64,000 nt of DNA, taken from positions 5,553 to 69,552 of the forward strand of contig CAMDQT010000018.1 in the NCBI GenBank assembly GCA_945906305.1, written 5' to 3'. Numbering within the stretch: the first letter of the stretch is position 1; every line of letters begins with the position of its first letter. The notes beneath the pieces are model-generated. The model was not told the origin of the DNA. It made no database searches and saw nothing but the letters and a program-made list of their open reading frames with translations. The position numbers and the translations under genes were made by a program. Shown piece by piece: positions 10,480-20,344 of the stretch. The stretch is from Ferrithrix thermotolerans DSM 19514 (GTDB lineage Bacteria; Actinomycetota; Acidimicrobiia; Acidimicrobiales; CAIXPF01).

Positions 10480-10923
10480 TTAGGACATCGCCCATTGCAA
10501 GAGGGTGTGGGCCGGGTCCTCGTCACGGTGATGTTCGAACACCGCGTGGACCGCGGCCCCGATGATCAGCGGCTGGTGCGGGTCTCCGATGAGGTTGCCG
10601 ACGATGCGCACATCGTCGGCGTGGGCCAACTCGACCAGGACCACGACGTAGGGCCCTTGCTCGGCCAGCGCGGGATGCACCGGGTGCCAGATGCGCTCGT
10701 GGCTGTAGATGATGCCCTCTGCGGTCGTCTCCTCGTAGCGCAGGTCGAAGCTGTGACAGCGATGGCAGACCCATTCGGGACCCCACTGCCAACGGTTGCA
10801 GCCGTTGCAGCGCTGTAGCAGCAGTTTCTCCTGTTGCAGACCCTCCCAGAAGGGGGCGTCGAGGCCGTCACGCGACGGAGCGGGCTTGGCCAGCCCGGGG
10901 CGAAGGTAAGGGGTCATGCTCAC
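10480..10923 (-). CDS. DUF35 Zn-ribbon/OB-fold protein
   Basis: PFWEG..QRCNGC..CHRC..PYVVVLVEL. GTGA overlap with the upstream gene (alternative ATG 10917). Confidence 0.88.
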   Translation of the reverse strand: MSMTPYLRPGLAKPAPSRDGLDAPFWEGLQQEKLLLQRCNGCNRWQWGPEWVCHRCHSFDLRYEETTAEGIIYSHERIWHPVHPALAEQGPYVVVLVELAHADDVRIVGNLIGDPHQPLIIGAAVHAVFEHHRDEDPAHTLLQWAMS

Positions 10924-12104
10924 AGCGTTGCCTCGCTCCCGAAGATGGAGGAACTGACGGGGGTGACCATCGGGCCTGAACAGACCATGGCCACCTGCGC
11001 GTCGGGTACCTGACAGGTGGAATCGCCCCAAATCTGGCGGACGGCCTCGATGTTGAGGCCCAGGCCGTGCATATAACACTCGGCCAGATTCCCGCCGCTG
11101 GTGTTGAGCGGTAGCTTGCCGCCCGAGGCGGAAAGGTTCTCAATGGTGCAGAACTCATTGGCTTCTTCCGCGGTGCAGAAGCCGTGCTCGACGATGCTCA
11201 TCAAGACGCCGCCGGTGAAATTCTCATAGCTCTGCAACACGTCGACATCGCCCGGACCGAGTTGCGCCATGTCGTAGAGCCGCGGGGCGACCGTGGTGAA
11301 GCCCGAAGAGGCGTACTCCGGCGTGTTGTGCACCGGTGCGCCGGCACGGTGCTGGGATCCGGACACGGCGGCGAGGACGTAGCAAGGGTCATGGTCGAAG
11401 TCCTTGGCTCTTTCGGCGGAGACCAAGACCATGGCGGCGGCGCCATCGTTCTCCTGGCAGCAGTCGAAGAGGTGGAACGGTTCCACAATCCAACGCGACG
11501 CGTCGTAGGTGGCCTCATCGAGCGGCCGACCGTGCATCACGGCGCGTGGGTTGTGCTGGGCGTGGGCGTAGGAAGCCAACGAGATGGCCCGCAGGGCTTC
11601 TTGGGCTACGCCGTGATCGTGCATGAAACGGTTCACCTTCATGGCAAACATGTGCGCCGCGGACATCAGCCCGTAGGGCAGGGTGTGCGCCGCCGTGCCC
11701 GAGACGATTCGGCTGCGTGGTCCCTGGCCGAAACGGCCGAATTGGCCCTGGGCCAGAGCTCGGAAGACGACGACACATTCGGCCTGACCGGTGGCAATGG
11801 CCGCGGCCGCGTTGGCCAGGGCGCCTGACCCGCCGCCGCCGCCGCCGCCCCATTGCATGGCGGCGAAGCTGAGTTGCTTGCAGCCGAGCGCGGCGGACAA
11901 CCGGGAGGCATCCGATCGGTCGTTGCTGTAGGAGGAGAAGCCGTCGACGTCGGTGGGGTTGATCCCGGCGCTGGCGCAAGCGCCCAAGACGGCTTCAATA
12001 GCCAGCTTGAACTCTTGGTCCGGCGAGCGGCCCCACTTGTAGTACTCGGTCTCGGCGACGCCAACCACGGCGGCCTTGCCCCGAAGCGTGCGATGCGTGC
12101 TCAT
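10920..12104 (-). CDS. Thiolase-fold SCP-x/Ltp2-like protein (probable aldolase)
   Basis: Poly-Gly at the nucleophile-Cys position. YENFT and NTSGGNLAECYMHG motifs. Confidence 0.85.
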   Translation of the reverse strand: MSTHRTLRGKAAVVGVAETEYYKWGRSPDQEFKLAIEAVLGACASAGINPTDVDGFSSYSNDRSDASRLSAALGCKQLSFAAMQWGGGGGGGSGALANAAAAIATGQAECVVVFRALAQGQFGRFGQGPRSRIVSGTAAHTLPYGLMSAAHMFAMKVNRFMHDHGVAQEALRAISLASYAHAQHNPRAVMHGRPLDEATYDASRWIVEPFHLFDCCQENDGAAAMVLVSAERAKDFDHDPCYVLAAVSGSQHRAGAPVHNTPEYASSGFTTVAPRLYDMAQLGPGDVDVLQSYENFTGGVLMSIVEHGFCTAEEANEFCTIENLSASGGKLPLNTSGGNLAECYMHGLGLNIEAVRQIWGDSTCQVPDAQVAMVCSGPMVTPVSSSIFGSEATL

Positions 12105-12275
12105 GCGTTCCCCCTGATCTCGCCAACCGGCAGACGTGCCTGCGGAAGTTAGCCCGGCGCAGTGTAGGGAATACGGGCGGCGCGGGTAGGCGATACGATC
12201 CGCGGTGAACGAGCCGCGGTCTGTGCCGCGGCACCGCGGCCAAATCACTCGCACCAACACCTCAAGGGGATTGCC

Positions 12276-13094
12276 ATGTCCAAGCGTGTACTGCTGACCG
12301 GTGCCTCCACCGGCATCGGCTTCGCCACCCTGCAGATGCTTGTCGCCGATGGTCATGAAGTGACCTCGCTCGATGTCAAACCGGCGCCCGTGGGTGCGGC
12401 GGTGCACTACCACTGCGATCTGTCCGACCCTGAATCCATCGATGCGGTCGTGGCGCAGTTGCACGGTCGCTACGACGCGGTGTTGAACGTGGCCGGTGTC
12501 GCCGGGTCGATGGGGGCCGAATTGGTGTTGCGGGTCAACGTGTACGGGTTGCGCCACCTGACCGAGGCGTTGCTGGCGGGCGGCAAGATCACCGCGCCGG
12601 GTGGTTCAATCGTGAATATCGCCTCGCTGGCCGGAGTGGCCTGGGAGCGGCACCTCGATCGCATCAACGCCCTCGAAGATGCGGCGGACTTCGCCGCCGG
12701 CATCGAGGTGGCCAAGGCCTATGACCGCGGCGGCCCCGCGGCCTACGTCCTGTCCAAGGAATGGGTTGTGGCCTACACCAAGCGGCTGGCCGGTCGAGTG
12801 GTGACCCAGGGCATCCGGGTGAACAGCGTCAGCCCTGGCCCGGTGATCACGCCACTGTTCCCGTACTTCGAGAACGACGCCGGCAAGGAACAGATGGCTT
12901 GGATGAACGAGCAAGTGGGCCGGCCCGCCCAGCCCGAGGACGAGGCCGAGGTGGTCTGCTGGCTTGCCGTGGGGGCCAGCGGCTGGGTGAACGGTGTCGA
13001 CTTACCAGTGGACGGCGGCCTGCAGGCAGGCATGGCCGTCGGTTGGGCCGACATGAAGGCCTCGCCGGCGTTGAGGGCCCGTCGCAGCTCCTAA
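12276..13094 (+). CDS. SDR (3-alpha-HSD/coniferyl-alcohol dehydrogenase-like)
   Basis: TGASTGIG and YVLSK motifs, with the long insert typical of 3-alpha-HSD-like SDRs. Confidence 0.88.
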   Translation: MSKRVLLTGASTGIGFATLQMLVADGHEVTSLDVKPAPVGAAVHYHCDLSDPESIDAVVAQLHGRYDAVLNVAGVAGSMGAELVLRVNVYGLRHLTEALLAGGKITAPGGSIVNIASLAGVAWERHLDRINALEDAADFAAGIEVAKAYDRGGPAAYVLSKEWVVAYTKRLAGRVVTQGIRVNSVSPGPVITPLFPYFENDAGKEQMAWMNEQVGRPAQPEDEAEVVCWLAVGASGWVNGVDLPVDGGLQAGMAVGWADMKASPALRARRSS

Positions 13095-13159
13095 GCGGTA
13101 TCCTGCGCCCCGACGCCGGGTCATCGGGCTCGGCGCGGGGTAGCTCTGCAGGGGGAACC

Positions 13160-14059
13160 ATGAAGTTCGGGTACCTGACGTTGAACTCCGCCGATGGCAT
13201 TCGGCCCGATCGCCTGGCCCGCGAGCTTGAGGACCGCGGCTTCGACTCGATGTGGGTGCCGGAGCACAGCCACATCCCGACCAGCCGCGGTTCGGCCTAT
13301 CCCGGTGGCGGTGACCTGCCCGACGGGTACTGGCACATGATGGACCCCTTTGTGTCCTTGCAGGCTGCCGCCGGCGCGACCTCGACGCTCATGCTGGCCA
13401 CCGGCGTGTGCCTGCTACTCGAGCACGACCTCTTGGACTTGGCCTGTACCGTGGCCACCCTCGACGTGCTCTGCGGCGGCCGCGTGCTGCTCGGCGTCGG
13501 CGTGGGCTGGAACGAGGAGGAGTTGGCCAACTGCCGCCCGGACGTTCCGTTTAAGCAGCGCTACTCGGCCATGCGCGAACGCGTCGCGGCGTTGCGGGCG
13601 TGCTGGACAGGGGACACGGCGTCCTTCGAGGGTCGTTACGAGCGCTTCTCCGACTCATGGGTGTACCCCAAGCCGGTGCAGCGGCCCGTGCCCATCGCAC
13701 TCGGTAACGCCGGACGGGTCGGCATTAAACATGCCGCAGAGTACGCGGACCATTGGTGTCCGCTCGACGCGCAGCTGCTCAACTACGACGGTCGGCCCGA
13801 CGTGCGTGGTGCCGTTGAGCTGTTCCGCCGTGTCGCGGCGGAAGCCGGCCGCAAGGCCGAGGACATTCCCATCTCGATGTTCGCTTTCGGAAAGCCCAAC
13901 CGCAAGCGCATCGACACCTACCTCGAACTCGGCGTCGAACGCATCGTCATCCCGCCCGCCCGGATGCATCGTCACGACGAATCGGTCACCCTGGCCTGGC
14001 TCGACGACTGGGCGCCGGTCATGGCTGAACTCGGGGCCACTGGCGGCGGTGTCGCCTGA
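13160..14059 (+). CDS. LLM-class F420-dependent oxidoreductase
   Basis: WVPEHSHIP, DPFV, GVGVGWNEEE and YPKPVQ motifs. Confidence 0.9.
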   Translation: MKFGYLTLNSADGIRPDRLARELEDRGFDSMWVPEHSHIPTSRGSAYPGGGDLPDGYWHMMDPFVSLQAAAGATSTLMLATGVCLLLEHDLLDLACTVATLDVLCGGRVLLGVGVGWNEEELANCRPDVPFKQRYSAMRERVAALRACWTGDTASFEGRYERFSDSWVYPKPVQRPVPIALGNAGRVGIKHAAEYADHWCPLDAQLLNYDGRPDVRGAVELFRRVAAEAGRKAEDIPISMFAFGKPNRKRIDTYLELGVERIVIPPARMHRHDESVTLAWLDDWAPVMAELGATGGGVA

Positions 14060-14970
14060 TGGCTGATCGCATCGGTTGGGTAGGCCTCGGTGGTATGGGC
14101 CGGCCGATGGCTGCCAATGTGGCCCGGGCCGGATTCGAGCTGACGGTGTGCGACCTGCGGGCGGAGCCGGTGGCCGAATTGGTCGGCCTCGGCGCGGCCT
14201 CGGCCGAGAACGCGGTTGCGGTGGCAGCCGCGGCGGATGTGCTGTTCGTGTCGCTACCCAACAGTTCGATGAGCAAGCAGGTGGCGGCCGAGGTGTTCGC
14301 CTCGTCGGTTCGACCGTCGCTCTACGTCGAGCTGAGCACCCTGTCGCCCACGCTCATGCGGGGCCTCGCGGGACAGGCGGCTGAGGTCGGGGTCGGGTTC
14401 TGTGATGCGCCGGTGTCGGGCAATGTTCGCGCCCGGCGCGACGGCACGCTGTCAGTCATGGTGGGCGGCGAGCCCGAGGCATTTGAGCGGATCAGCCCGC
14501 TCTTGCACGCCTTCGGGGCCAACGTCGTGCACCTTGGGCCCGTCGGCGCCGGCAGCGTGGCCAAGATTGCCAACAACCTCATCGCGTTGACCTCTCTGGT
14601 CACGGCGATGGAAGGTCTCTTGCTCGGGGCGCGGGCGGGGCTCGATTTCGCGCTGCTGTGCGAGGTGGTGATGACTGCGAGCGGTGCGGGCCCCCAGGTG
14701 CTCGGGGTGGCACATCAGCAACGCAGCCGTCGCTACCGCGAGTCGACCTCGCCTCAGGCCGCGCTGCGTCTGGCGGTCAAGGACCTCGAACTTGGCGTGG
14801 AGTTGGCGGCGGAGGTCGGCCTGCCCGTGCGTACGGCGCAGGCCGCGTTGCAGACCTGGCGAGAGGCGGAGGCCGCAGGCCTGGCCGAGGCCGAGATCTT
14901 TGCGCTGTTGGACTACCTCGAGGCCGTCGTGATCGATGTGCCCTCTGCTACCGAAAGGGCCAATTCATGA
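14059..14970 (+). CDS. 3-hydroxyisobutyrate dehydrogenase-family NAD(P) oxidoreductase
   Basis: GLGGMG, DAPVSG, KIANN and KDL motifs. TGATG overlap. Confidence 0.9.
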   Translation: MADRIGWVGLGGMGRPMAANVARAGFELTVCDLRAEPVAELVGLGAASAENAVAVAAAADVLFVSLPNSSMSKQVAAEVFASSVRPSLYVELSTLSPTLMRGLAGQAAEVGVGFCDAPVSGNVRARRDGTLSVMVGGEPEAFERISPLLHAFGANVVHLGPVGAGSVAKIANNLIALTSLVTAMEGLLLGARAGLDFALLCEVVMTASGAGPQVLGVAHQQRSRRYRESTSPQAALRLAVKDLELGVELAAEVGLPVRTAQAALQTWREAEAAGLAEAEIFALLDYLEAVVIDVPSATERANS

Positions 14971-15641
14971 CCACATCCGCTTCGCAGATCATCGACGTCG
15001 AGGCCCTTGGCTGGTTCACCGTGACGGCCGGTGTCCAAGCGCGGCCGCTGTGGGTGGCCGCCGACAACAGCCGCCGGGTGCTGTTCATCCGCTTCAGCCC
15101 CGGGGCGGCACTGGACCGTCACGTACATGACGGCGACGAAGTTCAGTACGTGCTTGAAGGTTCCGTGGGTGACGACTACGGCACGATCGAGGCCGGAAAC
15201 GTGGGCTACCGCCCATCGGGCTGCACCCATACCGTGCACAGCAGCACCGGGGCGACCACGGTGGCGTTCATCACCGGGGGAGTCAAGCCGGTGGCCGACG
15301 GCGAAGTTGGTGGGCCGGCGTCGGTGGTGATCGATGTCGGCGCCGTGCCAGAACAGGAACTGCGGCCGGGCATCTTTGCCCGCGAGGTGTGGTCGGACCC
15401 CGACCGCGACCGTCGGGCCCTGGTGGTGCGCTATGAGCCCGGCGCCACCATTGCGCGCCATCGCCATGTCGGCGACGAGTTCGTCTATGTGCTCCGCGGC
15501 TCGCTCGGCGACGAGTCGGGGGTGATCACCACCGGCAATGCCGGATTCCGCCACGACGGCTGCGAGCACACGGTGAGCACCACCACGGGCGCCACGGTGT
15601 TCGCGGTGGTGCGCGGCGGGGTCGAGCGGGCTGAGGTCTGA
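14967..15641 (+). CDS. Tandem cupin protein (ChrR-like cupin x2)
   Basis: HVHDGDE..YVLEG..THT and HRHVGDE..YVLRG..EHT. ATGA overlap. Confidence 0.82.
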   Translation: MTTSASQIIDVEALGWFTVTAGVQARPLWVAADNSRRVLFIRFSPGAALDRHVHDGDEVQYVLEGSVGDDYGTIEAGNVGYRPSGCTHTVHSSTGATTVAFITGGVKPVADGEVGGPASVVIDVGAVPEQELRPGIFAREVWSDPDRDRRALVVRYEPGATIARHRHVGDEFVYVLRGSLGDESGVITTGNAGFRHDGCEHTVSTTTGATVFAVVRGGVERAEV

Positions 15642-15654
15642 TCAGCCGCCGCGC

Positions 15655-16683
15655 TCAGGAGCTACCGATGGACAGCAGGTTGACCAACGGTCGGTATAGC
15701 TCTTCGAGGTAGGCGATCTCTTCGCCGTCGAGGGTCAGCTCGCACGCCGCGACCAACTGGTCGAGTTGCTCGACGCGCGACACCCCGACCACGGGGGAGA
15801 CGACTTCTGGCTTGGACAACAGCCAGGCCAGGGCGATCTGGGCCGGGGTGGCGCCGCGCTTGGCCGCGAGCTCGATGACCCGGTCGGCGATGGCGAAATC
15901 GGCGTCGCCTCGGTACAAGCCCTCGGTGCGGGCCCGATCCTGGCCTTGGGATCGGCTGGTCGAGCCCTTGTCGAACCCGCCGTGGTAGGAACCGGCGAGA
16001 ATTCCTCGGGCCAATGGTGACCACGGCATGATCCCCACTCCCGTGGATGCGCAGTATGGGGTCATCTCGCGCTCCTCCTCCCGATAGATCAGGTTCCAAT
16101 GGTTCTGCATCGACACGAACGGGGTCCAGCCGTTCAACTTGGCCGTCAACTGTAGTTCGGCGAACTGCCAGGCGAACATCGAGGAGGCACCGAGGTAGAG
16201 CACCTTGCCTGCTTTGACGGCGTCGTGAAGAGCCTCCAGCGTCTCCTCGATGGGGGCCCGAACCGCACCGGGGATGCCGTGGGGGTGGCGGTGGATCACC
16301 AGTTGATCGATGTAGTCGTGTCCGAGCCGTGCCAGGCAGGCGTCGATACCCTCGCGGATGTGTTTGCGGGACAGACCGCCCTGGTTGGCCGCGGGCCCCA
16401 TCGGCATGGAGATCTTGGTGGCGAGTACGTAGTGATCCCGGGGGGCGAGCTCACCGAGGAGGGTACCGACGACCTCCTCGCAGGCACCGCTGCCGTAGAT
16501 GTCGGCACAGTCGAAGGTGGTGACACCGCGCTCGAAGGCGGCGCGGAAAATCGGACGAGCATCATCGATGCCGATCGTCCAGTCGCCTTGGTGGCCACGG
16601 CCAGGTTGGCCGAAGTTCATGGTGCCCAGCGTCAATCGGGACACTCGGAGGCCGCTGCGGCCGACTTGCACGCTCTTGAGCAT
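15655..16683 (-). CDS. Aldo/keto reductase
   Basis: LGTMNFG, FDCADIY, LATK and WSPLARG motifs. Confidence 0.92.
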   Translation of the reverse strand: MLKSVQVGRSGLRVSRLTLGTMNFGQPGRGHQGDWTIGIDDARPIFRAAFERGVTTFDCADIYGSGACEEVVGTLLGELAPRDHYVLATKISMPMGPAANQGGLSRKHIREGIDACLARLGHDYIDQLVIHRHPHGIPGAVRAPIEETLEALHDAVKAGKVLYLGASSMFAWQFAELQLTAKLNGWTPFVSMQNHWNLIYREEEREMTPYCASTGVGIMPWSPLARGILAGSYHGGFDKGSTSRSQGQDRARTEGLYRGDADFAIADRVIELAAKRGATPAQIALAWLLSKPEVVSPVVGVSRVEQLDQLVAACELTLDGEEIAYLEELYRPLVNLLSIGSS

Positions 16684-16708
16684 TGGATCCTCCGGTGCGG
16701 GGCGGGAG

Positions 16709-19700
16709 TTAAGGACGGAACTGGAGTGGCCGGGGGACCAGGCTCGCCGGCCGGGAAACCTGGCGGTAGGCCAACTGCACCCATTCACAGATGAAGGACC
16801 GGGTGTCGCGGGGGTCGATCATCTCCTCCATCTGGAATTTCGACAACGGCCCAATGGGCCCCCGAGCGCTCTCGATGCGGGCGTTGAGCTCGGCCCGCAG
16901 CGCCGCGGGGTCTGCGGCCTCGGCCAACTGGCGCTTGTAGGCCGCTTCAATACCGCCTTCGGGCGGGATGCCGCCGACATCGGCGGCGGGCCATACCACC
17001 CGGACTGACGGCGTGGACTGTGGCGTGGCCCAGTTGTTTCCCGCCACGCCGAAGCTGCGCCGCATGAGCACCGTGAAGATGGGAACCTCGATCTGGGCAA
17101 AGGCCACCATCCACTCCGCTCCCTTGCGGATGGTGCCGTTGATCTCGTGTTCGAGCCCGACGGCGAAACCCGGGTTGTCGCACAGGTTCAAGACCGGGAG
17201 GTGGAATAGGTCGCACAGGTCCAGCAGGCGTCGTACCTTGTCGCAGCCGTCCGCGGTGAGCGCGCCGCCGTTGACGTGGCGGCTGTCCGAGGCGATGACG
17301 CCGAGCGGGTGGCCGTTGAAGCGGACCAGACCGGTGACCTGATCGGTGCCCCACAACGCCCCGATCTCGAAGAAGGAGTCCCGGTCTGCCATCAGCTCGA
17401 TGGTGCGGCGGATGTCGAAGGTGGTCGTCCGCTTTCGGGGCACGATGGCGAAGAGTTCCTCCTCGCGTCGATCGGGCGGATCTTGCGGATTGGATGGGGC
17501 CACCGGGGGGGCCTCGTACACGCTGGAGGGCAGGTAAGACAAGAAGCGACGGGCCATTGCCACCGCTTCCTGCTCCGTTTCGGCCAGGTTGTCGACCGAT
17601 CCGTTGCGGCAGTGGATGTGCCAACCGCCGAGGTCTTCTTTGGTGATTTCGTAGCCCATGGCATGGGACACCACCGGCGGGCCGGCCACGAAGAGCTGCG
17701 CGATGTCGCGGACCATGACGGAGAAATGCCCGAGGACTGCCTTGGCGGCGCCGATGCCGACCACGCTGCCGAGCAGCATGTTGACCACCGGGACCGTCGC
17801 CAGCTGTTTGGTGTAAGCGGTTGAGCCGAGGTGGCCAGGTAGGAACGACCCACCTCCGCCGGCCACCCGGGGACGGCCGGCGGTGATTGCTCCGGATGAC
17901 TCCTTCGCCGCGCTCTCGCCCTCTTTGCGTTGTTCGGGCACCATTGCCGCCACGCTGCCTCCGCCGGAGGAGCCATCGAGCAGGCGAATCGAAGGAACGC
18001 CAAGTTCCAGCGAGAGGCGGTCGAGATGGAAGCTCTTGGCCCCGATGGCCCCATCGGCATGGCCTCCACGCGAGGTGAAGTCGTCGGCGCAGACAATGAC
18101 CGGTCGTTGGTCGATACGACCGGAGCCACCCACGTGGTTGGCCGGGGTGAACGCCGCGATGGCCCCCTCCTCGTCATAGGAGGCAAAGCCCGCGATGCTG
18201 CCCACCTCACGAAAGGACCCGTCGTCGAGCAGCAGGCCAATGCGCTCCCGGCAGGTCAGCTTGCCCCGAGACCGTTGACGCACCACGCCAGGGTCATCCG
18301 AGCCTGGCTGGAGCCGTATGTGGGCAAGTTGCTGCAAGGTTTGGATCTCGTCCAGCACCGGGGCCCAGGTGTCAGCGCGGGGCGTGGGGGCCGCGGCCGC
18401 AGCAGGCTCCGGGCCCGCATCGCCGGGGGAGATCACGATGGCGATCTGGCCGGGGGCGACGGTGTCGCCAATCTCGAGCGGTTGCACGGAAATGACCGTG
18501 CCGTCGCAGGGGGCGACGATAAGGGTCTCCATTTTCATGGCGCTGAGCACCAGCAGGGTGTCGCCCCTGCGCACGGGATGGCCCGCCTGTACCCGCACTT
18601 CGAGCACCGACGCCGACAATGGCACCGTCACCGCGTGATGGCCAGGCGCCACGTCGAGGGTGGCGTGCTCGGTGGCCGCAGCCGGACCGGTAGGTATGGC
18701 ATTAGCCGTACCGCGTCCGATGGCACCGGCCCCCTCGTCGAGCAAGACTCCCGCGGCGTCGGGCGCGGCCGCGGTACTGCCGGCGAGGCGCGCAGGGTTC
18801 TCCGCCAACAGTGTTGTCCGGGCGTCACCGGCGCGCACCGAGGGGTCGGCCAGGATGGCCTGGAGTTGGCCGATGTTCGTCGGCAGGCCCCCGAGGTGGA
18901 ACGCCGCGAGCGCCCGAGCGGTCCGGTCCAGGGCCGCCTCAAGTGTGCCGTGGTGGGCGGAGGTGCCGATCACCTTGGCGAGCAGCGGGTCGAACTGCGG
19001 CGGAGGGCTGTAGCCGAGATAGCCGCACGCATCGACGCGAACCCCAGGGCCGGATGGCTCTTTGTAGGCGGTGAGGGTACCCGGCGCGGTGGCGACCAGG
19101 CGGGCCTGTACGGCAAAGCCCCGCGGTGGCCCGACCGCCTCCTGGTTGGCCAGTCCGAGTGAGGCCAGGGTGGCGCCCGCGGCGATACGGAATTGGGCCT
19201 CGACGAGGTCGATGCCCGTCACCTGCTCGGTGATGGTGTGCTCAACCTGAATGCGGGGATTGCATTCGATGAAGAAATACTCCCCGGTCTCGGGCAGGAC
19301 CAGGAACTCGACTGTGCCCGCGTTGACGTAGTTGGCCGCACGCACCAAGGTGAGGGCGTCGGCGAGGATTGCGTCCCGCAGGGCCGGATCGAGACCCGTC
19401 GACGGAGCAGTCTCCACCACCTTCTGGTGGCGCAACTGTACCGAGCAGTCCCGCTCGTGCAGATGCACCGCGGCGCCGTGAGCGTCGGCGAGGACTTGCA
19501 CTTCGATGTGACGGGGCCGGTGTAGCAACCGCTCGATGAAAACGGCGCCATCTCCGAACGCCGCCTGCGCCTCGCTGCTGCAGCGCCCAAAGGCCTCCGC
19601 CATCTCGCTGGCGTGATGAACCGCTCGCATACCGCGTCCGCCACCACCGGCGGCCGCCTTGAGCATCACCGGGAAACCAGTCCGCTCGGCCACGAGGGTG

Positions 19701-20155
19701 GCCTCGGTGGCGGTGGAGACAACGACTTCGCTACCCGGTAACACGGCGATGCCGAGGGACCGGGCCAGGGATTTGGCGCGGACCTTGTCGCCGAACAGGG
19801 CGAGCGCGGCCGGCGATGGGCCGACGAAGGTGATGGCTTCGTCGGCGCAGGTCTGGGCAAAGGCGGCGTTTTCGGCCAGGAACCCGTAGCCGGGATGCAC
19901 ACAGTCGCAGCCGGTCTCCTGGGCGATGGCGAGCAGGGCGGCGCCATCGAGATAGGCGCCGACCGCGTCCGCGGCGGAACGTGCCGGGGTGGGCTCGATG
20001 CGACGGGAGCGGGTCGCAACCCGACTATGCAGCGATCGTTCGTCCACCGCTGCGTACACGGCGACGGACTGCATACCGAGCGCTGCCGCGGCGGCGGCGA
20101 TGCGGATGGCGATCTCGCCCCGATTGGCGATCAACACCCGGGTGTGCAACACCAT
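16709..20155 (-). CDS. Single-chain biotin-dependent acyl-CoA carboxylase (BC-BCCP-CT)
   Basis: IANRGEIA, HPGYGFLAEN, RDCSVQ, AMKM biotin site and C-terminal carboxyltransferase (IDPRDTR). Confidence 0.92.
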   Translation of the reverse strand: MVLHTRVLIANRGEIAIRIAAAAAALGMQSVAVYAAVDERSLHSRVATRSRRIEPTPARSAADAVGAYLDGAALLAIAQETGCDCVHPGYGFLAENAAFAQTCADEAITFVGPSPAALALFGDKVRAKSLARSLGIAVLPGSEVVVSTATEATLVAERTGFPVMLKAAAGGGGRGMRAVHHASEMAEAFGRCSSEAQAAFGDGAVFIERLLHRPRHIEVQVLADAHGAAVHLHERDCSVQLRHQKVVETAPSTGLDPALRDAILADALTLVRAANYVNAGTVEFLVLPETGEYFFIECNPRIQVEHTITEQVTGIDLVEAQFRIAAGATLASLGLANQEAVGPPRGFAVQARLVATAPGTLTAYKEPSGPGVRVDACGYLGYSPPPQFDPLLAKVIGTSAHHGTLEAALDRTARALAAFHLGGLPTNIGQLQAILADPSVRAGDARTTLLAENPARLAGSTAAAPDAAGVLLDEGAGAIGRGTANAIPTGPAAATEHATLDVAPGHHAVTVPLSASVLEVRVQAGHPVRRGDTLLVLSAMKMETLIVAPCDGTVISVQPLEIGDTVAPGQIAIVISPGDAGPEPAAAAAPTPRADTWAPVLDEIQTLQQLAHIRLQPGSDDPGVVRQRSRGKLTCRERIGLLLDDGSFREVGSIAGFASYDEEGAIAAFTPANHVGGSGRIDQRPVIVCADDFTSRGGHADGAIGAKSFHLDRLSLELGVPSIRLLDGSSGGGSVAAMVPEQRKEGESAAKESSGAITAGRPRVAGGGGSFLPGHLGSTAYTKQLATVPVVNMLLGSVVGIGAAKAVLGHFSVMVRDIAQLFVAGPPVVSHAMGYEITKEDLGGWHIHCRNGSVDNLAETEQEAVAMARRFLSYLPSSVYEAPPVAPSNPQDPPDRREEELFAIVPRKRTTTFDIRRTIELMADRDSFFEIGALWGTDQVTGLVRFNGHPLGVIASDSRHVNGGALTADGCDKVRRLLDLCDLFHLPVLNLCDNPGFAVGLEHEINGTIRKGAEWMVAFAQIEVPIFTVLMRRSFGVAGNNWATPQSTPSVRVVWPAADVGGIPPEGGIEAAYKRQLAEAADPAALRAELNARIESARGPIGPLSKFQMEEMIDPRDTRSFICEWVQLAYRQVSRPASLVPRPLQFRP

Positions 20156-20311
20156 TCCTACCCCCTGCGCCTGGACCACGGTGAGGCCCGAGACAATCGA
20201 GACTGCTGCTTCGTGGCCGACGTTGTCCAACCGACACCATCCGCACTCGCCTCCGGCGAGGCGTCGCACCCGAAGTTTGGTGGGCCGAGAAGCTAGGGTT
20301 TGGCCATTCTT

Positions 20312-20327
20312 TCGAATCTTGATTCGA
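20312..20327. promoter_or_regulatory. Palindromic operator candidate
   Basis: TCGAATC-TT-GATTCGA lies between a TAGGGT -10 (20294-20299) and the AAGGAG RBS of the 20345 gene. Confidence 0.4.
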
Positions 20328-20344
20328 CCAGGTAAGGAGCAGGC

